This document shows positions 17,767-25,649 of a stretch of 64,000 nucleotides of DNA, piece after piece. The number at the start of each line of letters is the position of its first letter. The stretch's first letter is position 1. This DNA is from Anaerolineales bacterium. GTDB lineage: Bacteria > Chloroflexota > Anaerolineae > Anaerolineales > UBA11579. The notes under the pieces were generated by a model. It did no database searches, was not told the origin of the DNA, and saw nothing but the letters and a program-made list of their open reading frames with translations. A program made the position numbers and the translations under genes. Location of the stretch: positions 20,927-84,926 of the forward strand of contig DATDRZ010000085.1 in the NCBI GenBank assembly GCA_035291465.1. Direction: 5' to 3'.

Positions 17767-18210
17767 CAACAAATAAACCCCGCCGCCCAAAAGCAATAAA
17801 CCGAGCACTCGCTCGATCGAAAGTGGGATCGCGGCCGTGCTTCCCAGTCCGCGGGAGTCGATAATTACAGAGACCAACATTTGACCCAGCAGGATGCTGG
17901 CCAAGGCTGCGGTCACACCGACTCTTTGCGACGAAAATGAAATGCCCACCAGCGCCGCCGTTCCCAGGGCTCCGCCGAGGATTAAAGCGATCCAGGTGGA
18001 GGTAGTCCATTGCCAGTCCAAGGGATTCTGGCGCCAAAGGAAAATCAGGATCGCTGTGGCGAGTACGGCGCCGGTGACCGTCGTCAGAAGCCCGCTGCGT
18101 GCTGCGCCGACGTTGGCACCGCTGCGGCTGAGGAATGCGGTTTGAACGGCGATCACGGAACCCGTTCCCAGCGCCACGGCAAAGCCCATTAGCAACTCAT
18201 TTTTCAGCAT
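17755..18210 (-). CDS. DMT-superfamily small membrane protein (DUF606/YdcZ-like)
   Basis: 151 aa, about 5 TM segments, Gly/Ala-rich helices similar to YdcZ-type half-transporters. Confidence 0.5.
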   Translation of the reverse strand: MLKNELLMGFAVALGTGSVIAVQTAFLSRSGANVGAARSGLLTTVTGAVLATAILIFLWRQNPLDWQWTTSTWIALILGGALGTAALVGISFSSQRVGVTAALASILLGQMLVSVIIDSRGLGSTAAIPLSIERVLGLLLLGGGVYLLLSR

Positions 18211-18289
18211 TGTTCTCCTTTGTCAGATACGTGGTTTGACGAACGTTGACCTGTTATACATCCATGTTATAGTTAGGTACACCTAAATT

Positions 18290-18817
18290 ATGGAGTTCGT
18301 CGTGTTAGCTTTCAACAAAATCCTTATCGACGGCGGCATCCTGACCGCCGCCTTCCTCATGATCGTCTACGTCATCGGTCGCACCAATCCTCGCCTCTTC
18401 CTGACCAAGAACGACATGCCTGCCGATATCCTGGCCGCTGTCCCACCACAAACGGAAAAGGAGAAGAAGCAGGCTACGCTGGCTGTCATCCCGCTGATGC
18501 TGATTCTGACTGCAGGCACCCTATATTCGACCTATACCTTCCATTTGGAAAGTGGGGCTGGTCTTCTTGCTTTATTTTTGCACGCCTTCATTATTTTGGT
18601 GATGATCAGCGGCAGCGATTTGATTCTCATGGATTGGCTGATCCTGAACACCTTAAGCCCCAAGTGGGCAGTCTACCTCGGCACCGAAGGCTTTGCTGGC
18701 TACAAGGATTACGGCTTCCACGGCCGCGCCCACCTGAAGGCGCTGCCGCTGCTACTTATCGGTGCCGTGATTTCCGCGGGCTTTGCCTTGTTGTTGCCAA
18801 TGATTTTTCTAAAATAA
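18290..18817 (+). CDS. Hypothetical integral membrane protein
   Basis: 175-aa ORF with 4-5 hydrophobic segments. No motif recognised. Confidence 0.5.
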   Translation: MEFVVLAFNKILIDGGILTAAFLMIVYVIGRTNPRLFLTKNDMPADILAAVPPQTEKEKKQATLAVIPLMLILTAGTLYSTYTFHLESGAGLLALFLHAFIILVMISGSDLILMDWLILNTLSPKWAVYLGTEGFAGYKDYGFHGRAHLKALPLLLIGAVISAGFALLLPMIFLK

Positions 18818-18839
18818 AGTGAATCCAACTTCTTTCGTT

Positions 18840-18863
18840 AGTGGCGCACCGCGGTGCGCCACT
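18840..18863. terminator. Perfect 24-bp palindrome between convergent genes (probable bidirectional stem-loop)
   Basis: AGTGGCGCACCGCGGTGCGCCACT is its own reverse complement. It lies between the 18817 (+) and 18894 (-) gene ends. There is no flanking U-tract. Confidence 0.5.
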
Positions 18864-18893
18864 ACGTCCTATGCGCATCCTGGCTAAAGAGAC

Positions 18894-20078
18894 CTATTTT
18901 TTCTCCTCTCCTAATTCAGTCTGCAGTTGCAACCAGCGCAGAATGTCGCGTCGGCGCACCAACCCCAGCAGCTTTCCGTCCTCTATCACCGGCAGCTGCC
19001 GCACCTCGAGTTCCCGCAGCCGGCTAAGCGCGTCGGCAGCATCTTCTTCCGGACTGATGGATTTCACCCGGCTGACCGGCGTCATGATCTGCTTCACGGT
19101 AGATGTCCCCCATTCCCTTCGCGGCGCTTTGCGCAGATCGTCCAGCGTCACGATTCCTTCCAAGTGGCCATCATCCAATACCGGGAAGGCACGCTCGCCG
19201 CTGCCCATCAAGTGATCGTCAACCAACGAGTCCAAACTTAGGTCGCTAGGCACGGTAGGCGGATCCTTGCGCATCATTCGGCGCACCGGCACGTCCTCCA
19301 AAATGTCTTGCACCACCACTTGCTGATAGCTGGCTTGGGCGGCACCGTTCAAGAACCAGCCGATGAAAGACAACCAGACCCCGCCTATGATGCCGGATCC
19401 AAAGAACGGCAGCTCAGCGCCGAAGACCATCGAAACCCCGCCTAATATCATCGCCCAAGCCACCAACTGGCCAACGTTGGCCGCCCAGCGCGTGGCGCGC
19501 TTTACATTATTGGTGAGCGCCCACAGAAAGGAGCGCAGGATGCGACCGCCGTCCAGCGGGAAACCGGGAATGAGATTGAAGATCGCCAGGATCATGTTGA
19601 GCGGACCCAGCCAAAGTAGGATGGTGCTGACCGGGCTGAGTTGAGAACTGAGCAGTTGCAAATTGGCGAAGGGCGAATTGAATAAATCGGCGGCACCCGA
19701 TAGAGAGGTCAAGATCAATCCCAGGATGAAACTGGTCGCCGGGCCCACGATGGTGATCAGAAATTCGGCCTTGGGCGAGGGCGGGTCGCGCTCGATGTTG
19801 GAGACTCCGCCGAACATGTGAAGCATGATAGAGCGGACTTTCACTCCCTGCGCGATCGCCACCAAGGAGTGCGCCAGTTCGTGCAACAGAACCGACCCAA
19901 AGAACAGGATGGCCGTGGTTGCCGCAAACCCCCAGCGTAGCAGGCCCGTCCAGTCAGAGTGAAGTTGGCCGAAAGTTGTTGACAAATTCCAGGTAATCAA
20001 GAAGAAGATCAAAAACCAGGAGGGATCGATGGATATATGGATGCCGAAGATTTTGAAAAGACGGATTCCTCGTTGCAT
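18894..20078 (-). CDS. Site-2 protease family (M50) zinc metalloprotease with C-terminal CBS pair
   Basis: 394 aa. HELAH (HExxH) sits in TM context, with multiple TM helices. The C-terminal ~130 aa has two CBS-like repeats (VPSDLSLDSLVDD...; VSRVKSISPEEDAADAL...). Confidence 0.8.
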   Translation of the reverse strand: MQRGIRLFKIFGIHISIDPSWFLIFFLITWNLSTTFGQLHSDWTGLLRWGFAATTAILFFGSVLLHELAHSLVAIAQGVKVRSIMLHMFGGVSNIERDPPSPKAEFLITIVGPATSFILGLILTSLSGAADLFNSPFANLQLLSSQLSPVSTILLWLGPLNMILAIFNLIPGFPLDGGRILRSFLWALTNNVKRATRWAANVGQLVAWAMILGGVSMVFGAELPFFGSGIIGGVWLSFIGWFLNGAAQASYQQVVVQDILEDVPVRRMMRKDPPTVPSDLSLDSLVDDHLMGSGERAFPVLDDGHLEGIVTLDDLRKAPRREWGTSTVKQIMTPVSRVKSISPEEDAADALSRLRELEVRQLPVIEDGKLLGLVRRRDILRWLQLQTELGEEKK

Positions 20079-20144
20079 GATTACTCCTTGAGTGGTCCTC
20101 CTGTTATCAATGTAGGCTGACGTATGGGCGGGGTTTCCCTGCCC

Positions 20145-21080
20145 TTACCGAGATTGGTGGTGTTTTTCTTTCTCCTCTTCCGGTTTGGGCAATTCGTCCA
20201 CTGCCGGGAGCGAAGCTCGATGTCTTGCAAAATCCTTCCACGGGTCTCCTTTGCGCCCCAAGCGCTTGAAGATATTCTCCATCGTATAGCCTTGCGGGTC
20301 AAGTTTGGATTCGGATAGCTCGTCCCAATCCAGGGGCGCGGCTACCGGGGCGCCGGGCTTAGGACGCAGCGCATAAGGCGCCACGCTGGTCTGGGCATAC
20401 TCGTTGCGCAAATAATCCACAAAGACCCGCCCACGCCGTTTCTCCTTGCGCACTTTGGTGGTGAACTTCGGATCCTCGGCCTCGAGGTTTTGCGCTGCCG
20501 CCTTGGTGAACTCCTTCACGATGTTGTAATCGTGCTCAGGCTTGATGGGGCAGGCCACGTGCAGTCCCCGTGACCCAGTGGTCATCACGAAACAAGTCAG
20601 GCCCAGATATTCCAGCAACTTGCGCAGGTCGTGGGCCCCTTCCTTGACTACCGCAAAATCGTCGTCAGAGGGATCCAGGTCGAAGACGATCTTGTCCGGC
20701 TTACGGATGGCCTCCGTTGTACTCAGCCAGACGTGAGGCGTGATCACGGCCAGGTTGGCTAAATAAACGAGAGTTACCGCGTTGTTGCACACGATCTCAT
20801 TTTGCTTTGAACCATCTTCGAGAGTGATGCGCACGGTTTCAATGAAATCCGGGAAATAGACAGCGGCTTCCTTTTGATAAAAGCCCTCCTCATCGATGCC
20901 ATCGGGAAAACGTTGTAGCGCCAGCGGTCTGCCCTTCATGTGCGGCAGCATGGTCTCGGCAATGCGTTGGTAATAATCCACGACTTCGCTTTTGGTAATC
21001 CCGTCGTCGGGAAATAACTCCTTGTCGGCGTTGGTGATTTCAATTTTGTGTCCGCCAATTTTCTTGAATGTCTTGCTCAC
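20145..21080 (-). CDS. Stand-alone LigD-type primase-polymerase domain protein (NHEJ PolDom)
   Basis: 311 aa with a GTG start. It has segments typical of the LigD Pol domain (LQRFPDGI, IVFDLDP, TTGSRGLHV, VFVDYLRN, APYALRP). Confidence 0.75.
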   Translation of the reverse strand: MSKTFKKIGGHKIEITNADKELFPDDGITKSEVVDYYQRIAETMLPHMKGRPLALQRFPDGIDEEGFYQKEAAVYFPDFIETVRITLEDGSKQNEIVCNNAVTLVYLANLAVITPHVWLSTTEAIRKPDKIVFDLDPSDDDFAVVKEGAHDLRKLLEYLGLTCFVMTTGSRGLHVACPIKPEHDYNIVKEFTKAAAQNLEAEDPKFTTKVRKEKRRGRVFVDYLRNEYAQTSVAPYALRPKPGAPVAAPLDWDELSESKLDPQGYTMENIFKRLGRKGDPWKDFARHRASLPAVDELPKPEEEKEKHHQSR

Positions 21081-21416
21081 TTCGCACTCGCTCCTTCTGT
21101 CGCTGCAGCAACTGGGCGGCTTCAGTTTTACACACTGGCCCCGCTGTTTACGCTAAATCGCGGTTAGCGCGTTGAAGCATTGGGCAGGCGTTCTTCTCGG
21201 CATGCTTTTCGGGCTAACGTTGGGAGTAGGGTGGGTGTTAGGTGGGCCGACTGGCTGCCCATCCCGGAGGCGAACGAACTCTTCTCCCGCGGAGGGAATT
21301 CGAATTCTGAGACCAATTACGATAAGCTGGAGAGGGTGGTAAGCCTGAGGGCTATTTAATTCGCAAACAGCCTCGCTCCCGCGAGGCTGTCAACTGTGAC
21401 TGTCCACTGTCCCCTT

Positions 21417-21644
21417 CTACTGCAGCGTCTGCTTCCTGATCTGCTGCAAATGCATGGGGCAGGCCGATTTGTCCAGCAGGAAGCAGTCGAATTCGTGGGA
21501 GCAGGTGCGGTTCAGGATGCGCTGCGGCATTTCGGCGAACAGGTCGCTGGGATACACCACCTTGCTCTCAATGAGTACCGGGATGTCATAGTGGGCGCAA
21601 TGATAGACGGCTTTTTGGACTTCGGATCGAGCGGGAAATGACAT
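21417..21644 (-). CDS. Hypothetical small Cys/His-containing protein
   Basis: 75-aa ORF followed by hairpin ACAGCCTCG-N-CGAGGCTGT at ~21371-21394. No family recognised, so its coding status is uncertain. Confidence 0.35.
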   Translation of the reverse strand: MSFPARSEVQKAVYHCAHYDIPVLIESKVVYPSDLFAEMPQRILNRTCSHEFDCFLLDKSACPMHLQQIRKQTLQ

Positions 21645-21669
21645 AGTAATCCTCCGACTCTAGGGCGGA

Positions 21670-21734
21670 TCAAGGAAAGCTTTGCTTTCCAGTTGCGAGG
21701 AGCTGAGCGCCAGCGAGGCGACGAAGCAAGCCCC
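21670..21734. repeat. Intergenic repeat family R1, inverted copy upstream of nifJ
   Basis: TCAAGGAAAGCTTTGCTTTCCAGTTGCGAGGAG...GACGAAGCAAGC. See 7371-7436. Confidence 0.7.
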
Positions 21735-22000
21735 AAGCCGGACACGGAACTGCTTTCAAATGAAAATGTACATCTTTTACCCTTTTTCCTTTACAGAGAT
21801 TCGTACCCTGTTAGAGGGGACGTATGTCCATGCCTAAAAGAAAGGTGCACGGCTATGCTTACCGTGGGACGCAGCCGTAATCGGTTACGTTTCGCCTTTG
21901 CATATAGCTTCATAAACGAATATCAGCCTTGCGAAGGGTGGCTTTGAGACCAACCATGCCTTAAATCAACCTTCGCAGGCTAGATCTAGGTAGGTGCCTA

Positions 22001-25000
22001 ATGTCAAAGCAGATCGCAATCGTAGACGGCAATGAGGCGGTGGCCTCGGTGGCTTACCGCACCAACGAAGTCATTGCCATTTATCCCATTACCCCCGCCT
22101 CCGCCATGGGCGAGTACGCCGACCTGTGGGCGGCCGAAGGCAAGCCCAACGTCTGGGGCTCGGTGCCCTCGGTGATCGAGATGCAGAGTGAGGGCGGCGC
22201 CGCCGGCGCCGTGCACGGCGCCCTGCAGGCCGGGTCGCTGGCCACCACCTTCACAGCCTCCCAGGGCTTGCTACTGATGATCCCCAATATGTATAAGATC
22301 GCTGGGGAGCTGACCCCCGCCGTCTTCCACATCGCCGCCCGCACCATCGCCGCCCATGCCCTGTCCATTTTCGGCGACCACTCCGACGTGATGGCCGCCC
22401 GCCAGACCGGCTGGGCGCTCCTGGCGTCCAATTCGGTGCAAGAAGCGCACGACCTGGCGCTGATCGCGGAGGTAGCCACTCTTGAAGCGCGAATCCCGTT
22501 CCTTCACTTCTTCGACGGCTTTCGCACCTCGCACGAGATTGGCAAGATCAAACTAATCACCGACGAAATTATTCGCAAGCTGCTGCCTGAAGACAAAATT
22601 CACGAACACCGCCAGCGCGCCCTGACCCCCGAGCGCCCGGTGGTGCGCGGCACAGCGCAGAACCCGGACCATTTCTTCCAGGGACGCGAGGCGGCCAATC
22701 CTTACTACGCGGCCTGCCCCGAGATCGTGCAGAAGGCTATGGATGCCTTCGCCGCCGAAACCGGGCGCCGCTACAACCTCTTCGATTACTACGGCGCACC
22801 CGGTGCCGAGCGCGCTATCGTGCTGATGGGCTCAGGCGCTGGCGCCGTCGAAGAAGCGGTGGATGCGCTACAGACGCGCGGAGAAAAAGTCGGCGTGCTA
22901 AAGGTTCGGCTGTATCGACCGTTCTCCCCCGAACATTTCCTGGCTGCGCTACCTCCCACCGTGCGCTCCCTGGCTGTGCTGGACCGCTGTAAGGAGCCCG
23001 GCGCGGTGGGTGAGCCGCTGTATCTGGATGTGCAATCCGCCTTCCGCGAGGCGCCGCTGGGAACCTGGGCACCCAAAGTTATCGGCGGGCGTTTTGGACT
23101 GTCCTCAAAAGAATTCACTCCGGCGATGGCTGCGGCCGTCTTTGCCGAACTGGGCAAGGCCGAACCCAAGTTGCACTTTAGTGTTGGCATCAAAGATGAT
23201 GTCAGCCACCAGAGCTTGGATGTCGACCCCGAATTCTCTGCCGACGATGCGACCGCACACCAAGCGATATTCTTCGGCCTGGGGTCGGATGGCACGGTGA
23301 GCGCCAACAAAGCCAGTATCAAGATCATCGGTGAAGAGACCGATAAATATGTTCAAGGATACTTCTCATACGACTCGAAAAAAGCCGGGACGGTGACCGA
23401 GTCGCATCTGCGTTTCGGTGGCAATCCGATCCGCTCGACCTATTTGGTTGAACGGGCCAATTTTGTGGCTTGCCATCAATTTGGCTTCCTAGAGAAGTTC
23501 GATGTGCTTGAGAAGATCGATAAAGGTGGAACGTTCTTGCTCAATAGCCCATTCAATGCGAAGGAAGTTTGGGAAAACCTGCCTCGTCTCACGCAGGAAC
23601 ATATCATCGACAAGAAATTGAAATTCTATGTGATCGATGCCAACAAGTTGGCCGACGAGATCGGTCTGGGCGGGCATATCAACACGAGTTTGCAGACCTG
23701 CTTCTTCCATATAACAGGAGTGATTCCAGAAGAATTGGCGTTGGGCAAGATACGCGAAGCTATTCATAAGAGTTACGGTAAGAAGGGCGAAAAGGTGGTC
23801 GCGCAGAACATTGCCGCCGTCGATCAGGCGCTGGCGCGACTGGAAAAAGTGGAAATACCACAGGGAGCCGATAGCCAACGCGAACTGCGTGGCGCTGTTT
23901 CCGAGCAAGCGCCGGAATTCGTGCGCAGCACCCTTGGCGCCATCATCGAACGCCGTGGCAACTCGCTGCCGGTCAGCGCCTTCCCCGTGGATGGCACCTT
24001 CCCGGTTGGCACTACCCAGTGGGAGAAACGCGCCCTGGCTGACGAGATCCCGGTCTGGGATCCGCAGGATTGCATCCAGTGCGGCAAATGCGTATTCGTT
24101 TGCCCGCATGCGGTGATCCGCGAAAAAGTGTATGCGGCCGCAGACCTGGTTGGCGCGCCGGTGTCATTCCAGTCGGTTGAGGCGCATTGGAAAGAATTCC
24201 CCGATCAGATCTACACGCTGCAAGTCTCGCCGGAAGATTGCACCGGTTGCACGCTGTGCGTGGATGCCTGCCCCGTGACCGACAAAGTGACCGGCAAGAA
24301 ACCGATCGAAATGCAACCCATCGGCGCGCACCGAGAAACCGAAAAGGTCAACTGGGAATATTTTCTCACGCTGCCGGAAGTGGATCGCAGTGTGATCAAG
24401 CTGAATACCGTCAAGAATTCACAACTCTTGCAGCCGCTGTTCGAGTTCTCCGGCGCCTGCTCTGGTTGCGGTGAGACACCTTATCTCAAGTTGATCAGCC
24501 AGCTGTACGGCGAACGAGCCATCATCGCCAATGCAACCGGCTGCTCTTCTATTTATGGGGCCAACCTGCCTACCACGCCGTGGGCCAAGAACCGCGAGGG
24601 CCGCGGTCCGGCCTGGGCAAACTCGCTGTTCGAAGATAACGCTGAGTTCGGCCTGGGCATCCGTATCTCGCTGGATAAGCAGGAAGCCATGGCGCGTGAA
24701 CTGCTGGCCAAGCTATCGGTCGCCATTGGCCCGGAACTGGTGCAGCGATTGCTGACGGCAGATCAATCCTCCGAGGCTGGCATTTCCGAGCAGCGATTGC
24801 GGGTGGCCGAGCTCAAAGGTCGCCTAAGCGGTGTTGACAACCCTGAAGCCCGCAACCTTATGCAGCTTGCCGACGCCCTGGTGAAGAAAGTCGTGTGGAT
24901 CGTAGGCGGCGACGGCTGGGCCTATGACATCGGCTACGGGGGCCTGGATCACGTGCTGGCTTCCGGGCGCAAAGTAAACATTTTGGTCATGGACACCGAG

Positions 25001-25558
25001 GTGTATTCCAACACCGGCGGTCAGGCCTCCAAGGCCACCCCGCGAGCCTCCACGGCGCGCTTTGCTGTCAACGGCAAAGAAACTGCCAAGAAGAACCTGG
25101 GTCTGTTGGCGATCAGTTATGGCAGCGTGTATGTGGCCAGCATCGCCATGGGCGCCAGCGACGCGCAGACCATGAAGGCCATCACCGAAGCTGAGGCCTA
25201 CAATGGGCCTGCGCTGGTGATCGCTTACGCGCACTGCGTAGAACACGGCATCGAGATGACCAAGGGCTTGCAGGAGCAGAACCTGGCCGTGGAATCCGGC
25301 ATGTGGCCGCTCTACCGATACAACCCGGATTTGGCCGCTCAGGGCAAACCCGCGCTGATCCTGGATTCCAAAGAGCCTAGCATCTCGGTGAAGGATTACA
25401 TCTACAACGAGAACCGCTACCGCCGCCTGGTGGCCGCCGACGAAGAGCGCGCCGAGCAACTGCTCGCCAAGCTGGAAAAGGATGTCCAGCGCCAGCGAGC
25501 CACCTTCAAGCGTTTGGCGCAGGGCGAGGAATTGCAGAAGGCGGTTGTTAACAACTAA
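22001..25558 (+). CDS. nifJ: Pyruvate:ferredoxin (flavodoxin) oxidoreductase, single-polypeptide type
   Basis: 1185 aa. Two ferredoxin-type motifs (CIQCGKCVFVCP, CTGCTLCVDACP) and a TPP-binding region (GGDGWAYDIGYGGLDH). Confidence 0.9.
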   Translation: MSKQIAIVDGNEAVASVAYRTNEVIAIYPITPASAMGEYADLWAAEGKPNVWGSVPSVIEMQSEGGAAGAVHGALQAGSLATTFTASQGLLLMIPNMYKIAGELTPAVFHIAARTIAAHALSIFGDHSDVMAARQTGWALLASNSVQEAHDLALIAEVATLEARIPFLHFFDGFRTSHEIGKIKLITDEIIRKLLPEDKIHEHRQRALTPERPVVRGTAQNPDHFFQGREAANPYYAACPEIVQKAMDAFAAETGRRYNLFDYYGAPGAERAIVLMGSGAGAVEEAVDALQTRGEKVGVLKVRLYRPFSPEHFLAALPPTVRSLAVLDRCKEPGAVGEPLYLDVQSAFREAPLGTWAPKVIGGRFGLSSKEFTPAMAAAVFAELGKAEPKLHFSVGIKDDVSHQSLDVDPEFSADDATAHQAIFFGLGSDGTVSANKASIKIIGEETDKYVQGYFSYDSKKAGTVTESHLRFGGNPIRSTYLVERANFVACHQFGFLEKFDVLEKIDKGGTFLLNSPFNAKEVWENLPRLTQEHIIDKKLKFYVIDANKLADEIGLGGHINTSLQTCFFHITGVIPEELALGKIREAIHKSYGKKGEKVVAQNIAAVDQALARLEKVEIPQGADSQRELRGAVSEQAPEFVRSTLGAIIERRGNSLPVSAFPVDGTFPVGTTQWEKRALADEIPVWDPQDCIQCGKCVFVCPHAVIREKVYAAADLVGAPVSFQSVEAHWKEFPDQIYTLQVSPEDCTGCTLCVDACPVTDKVTGKKPIEMQPIGAHRETEKVNWEYFLTLPEVDRSVIKLNTVKNSQLLQPLFEFSGACSGCGETPYLKLISQLYGERAIIANATGCSSIYGANLPTTPWAKNREGRGPAWANSLFEDNAEFGLGIRISLDKQEAMARELLAKLSVAIGPELVQRLLTADQSSEAGISEQRLRVAELKGRLSGVDNPEARNLMQLADALVKKVVWIVGGDGWAYDIGYGGLDHVLASGRKVNILVMDTEVYSNTGGQASKATPRASTARFAVNGKETAKKNLGLLAISYGSVYVASIAMGASDAQTMKAITEAEAYNGPALVIAYAHCVEHGIEMTKGLQEQNLAVESGMWPLYRYNPDLAAQGKPALILDSKEPSISVKDYIYNENRYRRLVAADEERAEQLLAKLEKDVQRQRATFKRLAQGEELQKAVVNN

Positions 25559-25566
25559 ACGGATAA

Positions 25567-25628
25567 CCACGGAGACACGGAAACACGGAGCTTTTTAATG
25601 TTTTCTCCGTGTCTCAGCGCCTCCGTGG
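25567..25628. repeat. Repeat-derived stem-loop between convergent nifJ and polB; second copy of the 24-nt motif seen at 918-941
   Basis: CCACGGAGACACGGAAACACGGAG (25567-25590) differs by 1 nt from 918-941. Downstream CTCCGTGTCTC (25605-25615) and CTCCGTGG (25621-25628) are complementary to parts of it. Confidence 0.6.
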
Positions 25629-25649
25629 TTTGTTTTTGTATTTAGGCGG

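Noticed and set aside
21081-21416. Possible riboswitch or ncRNA in the 336-nt gap upstream of the LigD-PolDom gene
   Set aside because: I could not identify any known riboswitch core or convincing conserved helices. The only clear structure is the hairpin after the 75-aa ORF.
24824-25570. 248-aa minus-strand ORF
   Set aside because: It is antisense to the 3' part of nifJ and has a low-complexity composition.
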